DNA of 64,000 nucleotides from Mobula hypostoma (lineage: Eukaryota): NCBI RefSeq assembly GCF_963921235.1, contig NC_086107.1:93932001-93996000 (forward strand), given 5' to 3'. How positions within the stretch are numbered: position 1 is the first letter of the stretch; each line of letters starts with the position of its first letter. Shown here piece by piece: positions 1 to 12,382 of the stretch. The position numbers were made by a program, and so were the translations under genes. The notes under the pieces are model-generated. The model searched no databases. It saw only the letters and a program-made list of their open reading frames with translations, and was not told where the DNA came from.

Positions 1-379
1 GCAATAGAGGGGTCCACGGACAGACAAGTCAGAAAGGAAATAGGAATATAGCCTTCTATACCTAAGTGATTCAAGGGCTCGTCTGAACATTTCTTAACTG
101 CTGTCAATGGCTCTGCTACCACCAGTGTCTGATAATGTGTTCCAGATACTCATCTGTCTCTGGTGAAGGTTTGCCCCCTTATATCCACTCTGTATCACTT
201 CCCCCTTTCCCTGAATCCCCTTAACTCTCTCTGATATAAAGGAAGGTTTACTGCAGTCTACTTATCTATAGTCTTCAATCATGTCCCCTCTTAACCTCCT
301 CCGCTCCAGGGAAAGCAGACATAACATCTACAGTCTCTCCTCAGAACTGAAACCCCAGCAGACCACCTCTGTAAACTTG

Positions 380-1178
380 CAAGTGGAACAAGTGCTACAA
401 CTGTCCCTACACCTGCTCCCTCACTACCATTCAGGGCCTCAAACAGTCCTTCCAGATGAGGCGACACTTCACCTGAGCGTCTGTTGGGGTCATTAATTGC
501 ATCCGGTGCTTCCAATGTGGTCTCCTTTATATCAGTTAGACCCAACGTAGATTGGGAGATTACTACACCGAACACTTATGCTCCATCCGCCAGATAAAGC
601 AGGATCTCCCAGTGGCCACCCATTTTAATTCCACTTCCCATTCCCATTCTGACTATGTCAATCCATGGTCTCCTCTACTGTTGCAGTGAGGCCACACTCA
701 GGTTGAAGGAGCAACCCCTTACATTCTGTCTGGGTTGCCTCCAGCTTGATGGCATGAACATTGATTTCTCAAGCTTCCAGTAATGACCACCCCTTCCCAC
801 CACCCCCCCTCTCCATTCCCCATCCCCTTCTCCCTCTCCTACCTCATCTCCTTGTTTATACTCTCTGGTGCTCCTCCCCCTTTTCTTGCCTGCTCTCCTA
901 TTAGGTTCCCCCTTCTCCAGCCCTGTATCTCTTTCACCAACCTACTTCCCAGTTCTTTACTTCAGCCCTCCCCCATCTCGGCTTCACCCATCACGTGTTT
1001 CTTCCTCCCCTCCCCCCAGCTCCTACTCTGACTCATCTTTTTTCCTCCAGTCCTGAGGAAGGGTCTGGACCGGAAATGTCGACTGTACTCCTCTCCATAG
1101 ATGCTGCCTGGTCTGCTGAGTTCCTCCAGCATTTTGTGTGTGCTGCTTGGATTTCCAGCATCTGCAGATTTTCTCTTA
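380..1178 (+). mobile_element. Decayed Penelope 3' fragment (GIY-YIG region + 3' end, degenerate hammerhead 1048-1085)
   Basis: Colinear with the reverse complement of ~18950-19730 (SLTTIQG...HFT..., DLPVATHFN...DGMNIDFS). Core reads cagtc-CTGAGGA-...-GAAAtgtc-gactg. Confidence 0.85.
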
Positions 1179-1837
1179 TCTGTATTCTCCCTCACAACTT
1201 TCCTATAATTTGCAGCAACCAGAACTGCACACAATGCTCTAGTTGAGATCTGACTGATACCTGATGCATAAGACACTCCCATTATTCATTTCTGCACCTT
1301 CAACTCTTTTCCAGAATCCATCATGAGGCACAAATACAACTCTCCAGTGTCCCATCCAAGTTACTACTCCTGAAAGGAACTCAAACCGGTTGTCAGCAGT
1401 ATTCTCCAAAAGTGATTCCAACAGAGCAAAGATCCTACCAGCTGATGCCCACACAATTGCACTTTCCACAAGTGACCACTAGATAGCAATCACGAGTAGC
1501 AATGGAGACAGCTCAGGCAGAGATCTTTCTTCAGAGTGAAACATAAAGAAGCAACCTCTATTAGCTTTATTTGTCACATGTACATCAAAACATTTAGCCT
1601 AAAGCATCATTTGCATCAAATCAAACCAGCCAGGATTGTACTGGGCAGCTCTCAAATGTGGCCATGCTTCCAGCGCCAACAAAGCATGCTCACAACCCAA
1701 TGACCCTAATCCAGGAGTTCCTAGTTTTTGAAAGGTGGGAGGAAATGGGAACACCTAGAAGAATCCCACACAGTCACGGTTAGAACATTCAAACTCCTTA
1801 CTGACAGCAACAGGAACTGAACCCTAATCACTGATGT

Positions 1838-1974
1838 AAACACGAGGAAATCTGCAGACGCTGGAAATTCAAGCAAACCACACACAAAATGCTGACGTCC
1901 TGAAACGTCAACTGTACTTCTTCCTATAGATGCTGCCTGGCCTGCTGCGTTCCACCGGCATTTCGTGTGTGTTG
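1838..1974. mobile_element. Short inverted (minus + plus) Penelope terminal insertion
   Basis: 15-bp TSD CCTAATCACTGATGT (1823-1837, 1975-1989). A minus-strand tail piece is joined to a plus-strand piece that starts inside the hammerhead (cctgaaacgtcaact). Confidence 0.8.
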
Positions 1975-4034
1975 CCTAATCACTGATGTTGTTAATCACT
2001 GCACCAACAGCTACTGTACTGCTGTTTCTGAGGGAAAACACAAGCAATCTGACAAGCCCGATCTACAGATGGCACAATAATAGCGTTACCCTAACCCCTA
2101 TGCAACCGTGCCGCCATTGTTGAAACAAGAGATTTTCTATCTGGCACTACGCTGCTGGTTTATGCTGGGGGAATGGAAAGGAATCCAGGTTACAGATTCA
2201 GAGCATAAACTCTAAATGAAAAACTGCTGAATGGAATATTTGCAGAACTATGGCTATATACTTTAAAAGGAACTCAAAATGTATTTCAAGGGAAAAATAA
2301 AGCTATTAATTCATCTCCATTTTTGGTGTAAAGAATTTGCTCCATCACATAGATGTGCTCAATGGTGGGGAAGGCTTTACCCGTGATAGTCAGTCATAGT
2401 CATACTTTATTGATCCCGGGGGAAAGTGGTTTTCGTTACAGTTGCACCATAAATAATAAATAGTAATAGAACCATAAATAGATAAATAGTAATATGTATG
2501 GTCTAGGCTGTATCCACTACCTTTTGTAGGATTTTCCATTCAAGAGCATTGGAGTTTCCATACCAGGCTGTGATGCAGCCAGTCAATATTCTCTCCACCA
2601 CACATCTATAGAAGTTTGACAAAGTTCACAAGCAACAGAGAAGATTCACCATAGTCAGACACTACTCTTTAACTGCCTTCTCAGCCACCAACTGATTTAG
2701 TTAAGGTGGGGCCATGAATTCATACTGTTGTTTGTCCATTAATCACTCCTCCATCTATACGAGGGTATTTCATATAGTATTTTATTTAGTATCTTATCAA
2801 ATGTTTTTTGGGTATCCACACATAGTACAACCTGTCACGCAGTCATAAATCAAAGAATACCACAGTATAGAAACAGGCCCTTCAGCCCATCTAGGTCATG
2901 CTGAACTATTAATCTGTCTAGTCCCATTGACTTGCACCCATACAATAGCCCTCCATACCCTTCCCATCTATGTACCTCTCCGAGCTTCTTTTAAATGGTG
3001 CAATGAAAGCCACATCCACCAATTCCCCTGGCAGCTTGTTCCACACTCTTACCACCCTGTGAGTGAAGAAGCTCCCCCCTCATGTTACCCTTAAACATTT
3101 CACCTTTCACCCCTAACCCAAGGCCTCTAGTTCCAGTCTCACCCAACCTCAGTGGAAAGTAGCTGCTTGCATTTGCCTCATCTATACCCCTACTGATTTT
3201 GCATACCTCTATCTAATTTCATTTCATTCTCCTGTGCTCTGGGGAATAAAGTCTTAACCTATTTAAGCTTTCCCTCAAAGTACTAGAATGATTGTAGCTG
3301 CCTTGAAGTCTACAGGGACAGTGGATGGTTGTAAAGATATTAAAGATGACTGTTAAAATCTCTGTTACCTTGGTCCTCAAGTCCTGGCAACATTCTTGTA
3401 AATTTTCTTTGCACCCTTTCAATCTTATTGATATCTTTCCTGTAGGTATGTAACCAGAGCTGGACACAGTACTGCAAATTAAGCCTCACCAACTTATTAT
3501 ACAACTTCAACATAATATTCAAATATATCTTGTACAATTTATTAAACATGATGTTCTCTTAATAAAAATATTGCTGACTTCATCTAGTTACATATTTTCA
3601 GTGACCTGTCACTACAGCCTGTCGATATATCCACCAACATCTATACAGAGTTTGCCTCTCTCTCCTTCCTTAAATAGCAATGTGATATACACTTTCTAAT
3701 CTGCTGGAATTACTGCAGAATCCAAGGAATTTTCAAGATCACCAGTTACACATCCACTATCCCCTCAGCGACCTTTAACTGAATCATTTTAGGCCATTAT
3801 GTCCAGAGAATTCCTCAGGTTTCTTTACTGATACTAAGTAATTCTGCCCATTCTTGTTTTACCGTTTTACTGCACTGGTCCTCTACAGTGAAGATGGAAA
3901 ATACTTAATGCTTCTGTTTCAATAACGTCATCCATCTTGATCTCCATACAATGCAGAGTTATGTTTTTTATTTCTATCCTTTCTACAGAGCTGTACTAAC
4001 TCTTACTTTATTTAATATCACTTGTTACTTTACT

Positions 4035-4382
4035 GCTTGGGTGGCGGGGTGGAGATATATCTCTACCAAAGGCAGAGGTGTAGTACCTGCTTAGCCTCCC
4101 TGATCAGGGTCATGTGAAGCCATAGGAGCAGGTGCTGGGTGGTCGTATGAGCAGCTGGTGCATGTCATAAGTCCTGGTTATGCAACCACTGACACCAGGC
4201 AGACAATCTCTCAAGAGTATTGATAATGGCTGGGGTCACCCATCTTGTATAGACACTGTCCATAAGGCAACAATGGTAAACCACTTCTGTAGAAAACTCT
4301 GCCAAGAACAATCGTGGTCATAGACCATGACCACCCACATCATACAACGCGACATAGAATGATGATAATGATGGTGATGATG
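4035..4382 (+). mobile_element. RTE-related SINE with a (TGA)n tail
   Basis: 8-bp TSD ACTTTACT (4027-4034, 4383-4390). Contains ggggtcaccc and atggtaaaccacttctgta, resembling RTE/BovB UTR motifs. Tail gatgataatgatggtgatgatg. Confidence 0.55.
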
Positions 4383-4615
4383 ACTTTACTTCCATAATCA
4401 TTTTCTCCATTACTTTTTGTTGGTTAATCATTGTTATTTACCATACTCCCAATTCTTTAGCTTATGATTTGTTTTACTCCGCCATCAACATCACAAGAAT
4501 CAAAAACAGGTTTATCATCACTGACATATGTCATTAAATTTGTTATTTTGCGGCAGCAGTACAGTGCAACACATAAGAAAGGACCAAAAATCAGAATGCA
4601 TTAAAATACTATATA

Positions 4616-5850
4616 TATTGGATTCCAGTTAATTGGGACATTTTGGCCCAATTAAACAGCTACCCAAATTAGCCAAAATCTCATAGAAATAGTTGAAAAG
4701 GTATAAAAAAGACAAACTACCATTTAATTGAGTAACAAATTATGTATTTAAACTAAACATAGAACAAATTAGAACACTACCAATGTTACTACAGTACTAT
4801 AAAACTATGACGTAGCTCCTAATAGTTAAAAACGGAGGAATTCATCCAGTGTACGCTGCCATGAATAGGGTGCTCATTTACCAGACACTCAGCTCTCACC
4901 TGTGGCTCCAAGTAGTTGTTTGCAAGTGACAGCATCGGCAGCCCAAAACACCATCTTAAAAGAAGGGCTAAACCAGGTGAGGATAGTCGGCAGGCCTCAA
5001 ACCCGAGTAAGATAGGGACATGCCTGTCCTAGCATTTGAAGTCAGCTCTGGCGAACTGAGCCGCTAAGATCAACAGTGAGATCCAACAACCAGGAAAGAG
5101 ATTCTGTTGCTTCGTGAAGAACAAAGGGCATGATAAGGCACAAAAAAAAGGTCATGGCTATCCAATGCAACCAAGGAATGCCACAGTTTTGGACAACTAC
5201 TCATATCACTGGATCTGAACTTCCAAGGTCGAAAGAGCGGAATTGTCCCGGTACGACTTTTCCACTTCAAAATCTCTCCTGCACAGGTTTCACCTTCATG
5301 GCCGGATACGATGGACCAACAACACGTTGTCTTGTTCTTTTGATTCATTGTACAATGCTTCATACAGCGTTTTTGACGATTACATCCTCCAAATCTTCAT
5401 TTTCATTATAACATTCAAGGTGATTGTCAATATCTTCAAGTTCTTCGTAGTTCATAACTTGTTGAAGTAGTGAAATTGTTTCATTTTCACTCCAAGCCGT
5501 TTCTGGCATATCCAAGTCTGAATGCTTGAAACCACAGTGAGCAGAACAGTTCCAAAATGTCATACTACTTGTTTCTCACCAACTATCAGTAACAAAAGTC
5601 ACTGCTTTTTGAACAAACACATGGAACTGACCCTATTTGAAAAATGTTCGCTCTAAGCTCAACGCAGTGTTTAACAGCACACGAATGTACATGACTGACG
5701 CTAATTAGAAACTTCAACAACAGTCTCCTGTCCCAATTAAGTGACAGTCTCCCAAATAAAAGGGAATCTCAGCTATTTTCTCAATTAGATTGTGTTTTTT
5801 TTAAGGGTTGTCCCAAATAAGTGACTGCCCCAATTAAGTTGTACCGCTGT
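4616..5850 (-). mobile_element. Tigger/pogo-like transposon remnant with an internal insertion
   Basis: Inverted ends gttaattggg... / ...cccaattaa with repeated cccaa(a/t)t(t/a)aa subterminal motifs. ORF 5360-5563 (TFWNCSAHCGF plus an acidic tail) resembles the pogo/Tigger NCF..GF C-terminus. Confidence 0.55.
4864..5323 (+). mobile_element. Probable RTE-derived short non-autonomous retroelement
   Basis: Degenerate 11-bp flanking repeat ACGCTGCCATG / ACGTTGTCTTG and a CAACAAC tail. Interrupts the Tigger-like remnant. Confidence 0.45.
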
Positions 5851-6939
5851 TTAAAAAGAGTGCAAAAAGGGAGGTGGTGCTCATTGACCGTTAACAAATC
5901 TGATAGCAGAGGGGAAAAACCTGTTCCCAAAACACTGAGTCTGGTTTTAAGCTTCTATACCTCCTCCCTGATGGCAGCAATGAAAAGAGGGCATGTCCTG
6001 GATGGTAAGGGTCCTTAATGATGGATGCTGCCTACTTGAGGCATCACTCCTTGAAGATGTTCTCGATGATGAGGAGGCTAACATCTATGATGGAGCTGGC
6101 TAAATTTACAACTCTGCTGCATTTTCTGATCCTGTGCAGTGACAGGCCCCTCCATACCAGACAGTGATGCAACCAGTCAGAATGCTCTCCACAGTACATC
6201 TGTAGAAAATTTGCTGGAACCTTTGGTCACATATCAAATTTCCTCAAACTCCTAATGAAATACAGCCTCAGCTTTAAATTTAATATCCTTCTCAGCTAGT
6301 CTTGGAAGTATTACTTTTCTCATGGGGTTTCCATTTCTCAATGAAATATACTTCCTTTACTAAACTCTGGGGCATGGCAACCATCAATACCTGAGCTTGT
6401 GCCGCAGTCAAGAATGGCTAATTAGCAAAAAAAAAGCCAAGATTTTTGATTTCTGTTGCCTGACCCTCCACTTGAATTTACTCACAAAACCATATAGGAT
6501 GATACAGCAGGTGCAAGCAAAGCTGCTCATTAACATCTTGGCAATTCTCTTCATTTGTATTGCATTTTGTAAATTAGACCTTTATAAAATATAATTACAG
6601 TTGCCAATTTACAAAAGTCACCAATGTTTTCGTCTGATAATGATTCAAAAGGGTATTTGTCATAATCTATACTTCAGCAGGGACGAGAGGATAATAACAC
6701 ACACAAAATTCTGGGCAAATTCAGCAAGTCAGGCAGCATCTACGGAGAGGAATAAACAGTCAACATCTTGGGTCGATACACTGGAATGGAAGGGGACAGC
6801 AGCCAAAATAAGAAGGTAGGGAGGGTGTGGGGAGGAGTACAAGCTGGCGTGTGATAGGTGATACCAGGTGAGAAAGAAGGTGGATGGATGGGGGCGGGGG
6901 GGGGTGATATTAAGTAAGAAGCTAGCCGGTGGTAGGTGG

Positions 6940-9540
6940 AAAAGGTAAAGCACAGAAGGAGGAATCTGACTCGGCATGGGGATGGGAACCGAAGTGATTG
7001 GATTGAGAACGGGGCAGTTGGTATACAAATACGTGCAGTGCGTATTGTGACTGTGAAGAAGGACAGGCAGATGACAGGGCAAATTTGCAAACAGTGGGAT
7101 GAGATGGAATGCAATATGGAAGCAAAATTGAAAAAGGTGATGAAAACAGGACTGAAGGTGCTATATTTTAATGCAGGTAGTATACAGAATAAAGTAGATG
7201 ATCTTACAGTGCAGTTTGTGATTAACAAATTTGAAATCACTGAGTTGTGGTTGAAATAAGATCATCTTTTGGAGCTTAACATCCAAAGATACACAGTATC
7301 GAAAGGACAGGCAGGTAGGCAGAGGGACAGGCAGTTCTGCTGGTAAAAAATGAAATCAAATTCTTAAGAGAGAGAGGTGACATAGAGTTGAAAGATGTAA
7401 AATCCTTGTGGGTAGAGTTAAGAAACTGCAAGGGTAAAAAGACCCCGATGAGAGTTATATACAGGCCTCCAAACAATAGCCAGGATGCAGGGTACACATT
7501 ACAATGGGAAATAGAAAAGGCATCTAAAAAGAACAATGTTACAATAGTCATGGGGGATTCAAATAGGCCAGTAAATTGGGAAAATCAGGTTGGAGGTGGA
7601 TCCCGAGAGAGATTTTGTAGAATTCCAACTAAATGCTTTTTTAGACAACCTTGTGTTTGAGCCCACGAGGGAAAGGCAGTTCTGGATTGGGTATTGTGTA
7701 ATGAAACAGATTTGACTAAGAAGTCTAAGGTATAGGAACCCTTTGGAGGCAGTGATCATATGAAAGAATTCACCACATATTGAGATGGAGAAGCTAATGA
7801 CAGATGTATCAGTATTACAGTGGAGTAAAGGGAATTATAGAGGCATGTGAGAAAAGCTGGCCAAAGTTGATGGGAAGAAGACAAAAGCAAGGTAGTCCTT
7901 CCTTTCTTCATAAATTGATAAGAGGAGAATGAATTCCATTCTTTTTTCTTTCTGTATTATACATTCTATATCAAATTTATACTTTGTAGATCAACACCAT
8001 GTGAGATTCTGATATTGTTTATTTTACCTTCTTTATCTACTGTTACTGACATACATATCAGAGATATTCTCCTCGTGCTTGTATACCCACTTTTTTTTAA
8101 ATCAATAAAAAGATTGAAAAAAAGAAAGGAAGAAGACAAAAGCAGGGATGACAGCAGAACAGCATGGCTGGAGTTTCTGGAAGCAATTCGAACAGCACAC
8201 GATAGATACATCCCAAAGAAATATTCCAAAGGGAAGAAAAAGCAACCATGACTGGCACGAGAAGTCAAAAACAACAGAAAAGCAAAAGAGAGGGCATATC
8301 ATATAGCAAAAATTAATGGGAAATAAGAGAATTGGGAAGCTTTTAAAAACCAATAGAAGGCAATTAAAAAGCCATAAAGAGAGAAAAGATGAAATATCAA
8401 GGTAAGCTAGCCAATAAAATAAAAGAGGACACCAAAAGTGTTTTTCAAATATATGAAGAGTAAAAGAGAGACCTTAAACTTCTTAGACCACTAGAAAATG
8501 ATGGAGTGTTAGTAACGGTAGACGAACTTAATAAGCCTTTTATGTAAGTCTTCACTATGGAAGACATCAGCAGTATTACTAAGGATGAGATTTTGGGGTA
8601 CTTGGAGGGACGTGATAAAAACAGGCTAAAATCCTACTCTGAATGACAGAATTGATGATTTTCTAGTCAAGTTTGCGGACGATACAAAGATAACTGGAAG
8701 GGTAGGTAGTATTGAGGAAGCAGGTAGGCTGCAGAAGGACTTGGACACGTTAGAATGGGCAAAGAAGGGGCAGATGGAATATAGTGTAGGGAAGAATATG
8801 GTCATACACTTTTGTAGAAGGAATAAAGGCATAGAATATTTCCTAAACGGAGAAAATTCAAAAATCTGAGATGCAGAGTGATTTGGGAGTCCTTGTACAG
8901 GTTTCTCTAAAGGTTAATTTCCAGGAGGAGTTGGTGGTGAGGAAGGCAAATGTAATGTTGCCATTCATTTTGAAAGACTAGAATACAAAAGCAAGGATGT
9001 AATACTGAGGCTTTAAGGCATTGGTTAGACCACACATGCAGTATTGTGAAGAGTTTTGGGCCCCTAATCTAAGAAAAGATGTGCCATCATTAGAGAGGAA
9101 ATGATTCCAGGAATGAGTTAACATATGAGGAATGTTTAATTGCTCTGGGCCCCTGTACTTGCTGGGGGTATCTCACTGAAACCTACCAAATATTGAAAGA
9201 CCTAAATTGAGTTGATAGGCAGACAATGTTTATATAGTGGGGGAGTCTAGGACCAGAAGGCACAACCTCAGATTACAAGGGCACCCATTTAGAACAGTGA
9301 TGGGGAGGAATTCCTTTAGCCAGAGTGGTGAATCTGTGAAATTCACAATGGAGGCCAAGTCATTGGATATACTTAAAGTGAAGGTTGATAGGTTCTTGAT
9401 TAGTTGGGGCACAAAAGCTTATGGGGAGAAGGCATGAGAATGGGGTTAAGAGGGATAATAAATCAGCCACAATGGAATGGTAGAGCAGACTCAAATGGCT
9501 GAAGTACATACCTAGTTATGCTCCCACGTCTTGTAATCTA
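6940..9540 (+). mobile_element. Decayed CR1 LINE (EN and RT fragments, internally deleted)
   Basis: LKVLYFNAGSIQNKVDDL, ITELWL, SLWVELRN, VIYRPPN, IVMGD, KFADDTK and the SRTRRHNLRLQG 3' end. Confidence 0.85.
7890..8127 (+). mobile_element. Short L1 3'-UTR insertion inside a CR1
   Basis: 17-bp TSD GGAAGAAGACAAAAGCA (7873-7889, 8128-8144). Ends AATAAAAAGATTGAAAAAAAGAAA, like the L1s at 16120 and 45587. Confidence 0.75.
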
Positions 9541-11026
9541 GGATCTTATGGACCATGGGAGAAAGGGAAGGAGGGAAACCAGAGGCGAGTGATATGCAGG
9601 TGGGGATAAGGGGTAAGATGGGAGCCAGAATGGGGAACAAAAAAAAACAGAGAAAGGGAGAGGGAGATATTACCAGAAGCAAGAGAAATAGGTGAGATTA
9701 ATATTTGAGAGGGTAAAGGTTAAAAATTCCTTGCATAGTTCATAAGTGGTATTTTCGATATACCTGAATTTTGTAATCAGGTACACAGGGAAAGGTAAAG
9801 TTACACCTGGGCCAGAGAGAAAGGGAGAGAAAAATCAGCCTGGAAACCAGTGAAAACAGCTGCCCAGAAAACCCAACTGAAGACCTAAATACAGTATTTC
9901 GATACCATTCCTTCTCTACACTAAGAGTAACCTGTAATACCAGTTCACAATATTCACTGCCTGCTGTCGGTTGTTAACTCCCAATATAAAACAAAATAAT
10001 TATTCATATAATTAAACATTTTGGGCACTGTTCAGCCACCTTTAAATGTCTACAGCATGCGAATAACATGTTTACTTTATGTTTTTCTTGCGAATGCTGC
10101 TTATCTGATTCTGTGTGCCTGTGATGCTCCTCCAAGTTAGTTTTTCATTGCACTTGTGCATTTGACAATAAACTCGACTTTAACTTGTCTGTTTGATATA
10201 GTTGATATATATATGAAGATAACAATGAAATGACTAATGTGAAAACATATATAAAAGCTCATATATATGAGATTAAAATTTAAAAATAAAAGATTAACTT
10301 TTTTGGCATATGTACATAAACATTGAAACATACAGTGAAATGCAATGCCCACATCAACAAGTCTAGCCATGCTTCTGGTACCAACATAGCATGCCCACAA
10401 CTTACTAATCCTAACCCAAGAGTCTTTGGAATGTGGAAGAAAGCCCACATGGTGACAGGAAGTACGAACAAACTCCTTATAGACAGCCACAGGAACTGAA
10501 CTCCGATCACTGGCACTGTAAAGCGTTATGCTAACCACTAGCTTAAATATAGTAAGACATCCAATAAGCTGACTGATATATAACTGTACAAACATAATAA
10601 ACAAGCAAATTTCAAATGCAAAACCTACTGATGTTATATTGTGTCCACCTACTGCATCTCCACAGACTATTTGCATTGCATCTTTAGCCTTGCTATTATG
10701 TTCTTTAAATAACCACATTACCTATCAAATTCTGGACCAACTTGTCAGTCTTAATTATTTTCTCTTATGATTTTTCTCTCCTTTCAACTGTCCATGTAAC
10801 CTTTTAACTGTATATATGTGCCTTAACCTGGACTGAGATATGCTGTTAGTGATACTGTACATCGCCAGCAGTGCATAGGGATAAACAGTTTTTTAAAATA
10901 AGACCATTAGGGGGAGTCACGTGGGTGCCGGGCAAGATGGCTGCACGTTAGCAGATCTCCGACAACCCACCATGAAATTCTATTAATTAGAGCATATTTA
11001 TCCTGCTTTGTCTGGATACAGCTGTA

Positions 11027-11958
11027 TTGCAGTTAAAAACTGTTCATTTTTTTTCACTAAAAGGGCTAATAACAACTTTGAGAGATAATTCTGTACGATG
11101 CCGTAGACCTAAGAGCACTACAGCGAGCCACGTGGCTACAAGACAGAGGCCACAATCTGAAGTTCAAACCATGCTAACGACACAGACGGACCAAGGCTCC
11201 AACATGGAGAATTTACTGGCTGAAGTTAGTCGTATGAGTTCCACTCTACTCGTGGTAGCTGTTGATGTATCTATGATTAAGGAAATGACAACGGAGTTGA
11301 AGAACTCCGTCAATGCCATTCAGGAGAGGTTGACAGAAACCAAGGGCCACCTCTCTAGTGTGGAGGACACCACTGTGCAACTGGTGGGTGCCAGCGAGCA
11401 GAATAATAAATGCTTGCACCTGTTGTGGAACCACGTCAAGGAGCTTGAGAACTGGAGCGGACGTAACAACGTCAGGCTGATCAGTCTAAGGGAGGGTGCA
11501 GAAACAGGCAGTCTGATTTAATGTGTGTAAAGAATCATGTCCAAAGGATTTGGCATCGAACTGAACACAGAGTTTGAGATTGAGAGGGCGCATCTGGCCT
11601 CCGCTCCCAGGCCAGGCAAGGATCCCATTCCGCCCCCCCACCGCCACCCCAGGCTGGTCCTAATGTGATTCTCGCGCTCTTCGGCCAGAGAGGAAGTGCT
11701 ACAATTGGCCAAAGCAAAGAGAGGAGTTGAGTGGGAGGGATGCAAAGTTTCCTTCTTTCCAGATATGTCCAGAGAATTGGCTGAAAAATGGAGAGCATTT
11801 ACTATGGCTTGGAAAATGCTGCAAAAAGTCAACATGAGGTACACACTTGCTTATCCAGCAGTTCTACGCTTCACGTGAAAAGGAAAGAACAAGTTCTTTA
11901 CTACTGCTGCAGAAGCAGAGAAATTCATTCAGAAAAACTGTGGCACTGGCATTGACTG
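11027..11958 (+). pseudogene. L1 ORF1 (Transposase_22-type coiled-coil/RRM/CTD), with stops
   Basis: ORF fragments 11027-11521 and 11696-11878 carry L1 ORF1 motifs. Confidence 0.8.
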
Positions 11959-12382
11959 AAAGACAGGATTTGATCACAGTAATAGGTGGAGATAACTTTT
12001 TACGTATAACAGAGTGGGTGGGGAGCTGGATGAAGTGGTCTGATTAGGCTGAGGCTTGCTAGCTGGCACAGCACTTTGCGGACCATATCATGTGTCTTTT
12101 TCTTTTCTGTTTCTTTGTGGAGCTTATCCTGCCTGTTTGTTTTTATTTGTTAGTTAATCTGGCAGGAATATATTATTTATATGTTTTTGGGTTATGTTGG
12201 TTGTTTACTTGTTGTTTGAGAGCGCAGTATTTGCAGTGTTTTTTGGTAATAATTGAGCACGGGGATAGAGTACAGCAGGGTTTTTTTTTGGACTATTTTT
12301 TTGGAGTTATTGCATTCCAGAATCAGCCATCCGGGAAAATGTATATTTTTGCACATATGTACATGAAGTTTAGGACATGAAA

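Noticed and set aside
1239..1469. Candidate EMC10 exon 5 (ALLESLL resembles SLVESHL)
   Set aside because: The downstream residues do not match the conserved SD.(I/L)TLH.DV.G.V.G.S.VT.PG.C.G pattern. Exon 5 was not found in the window.
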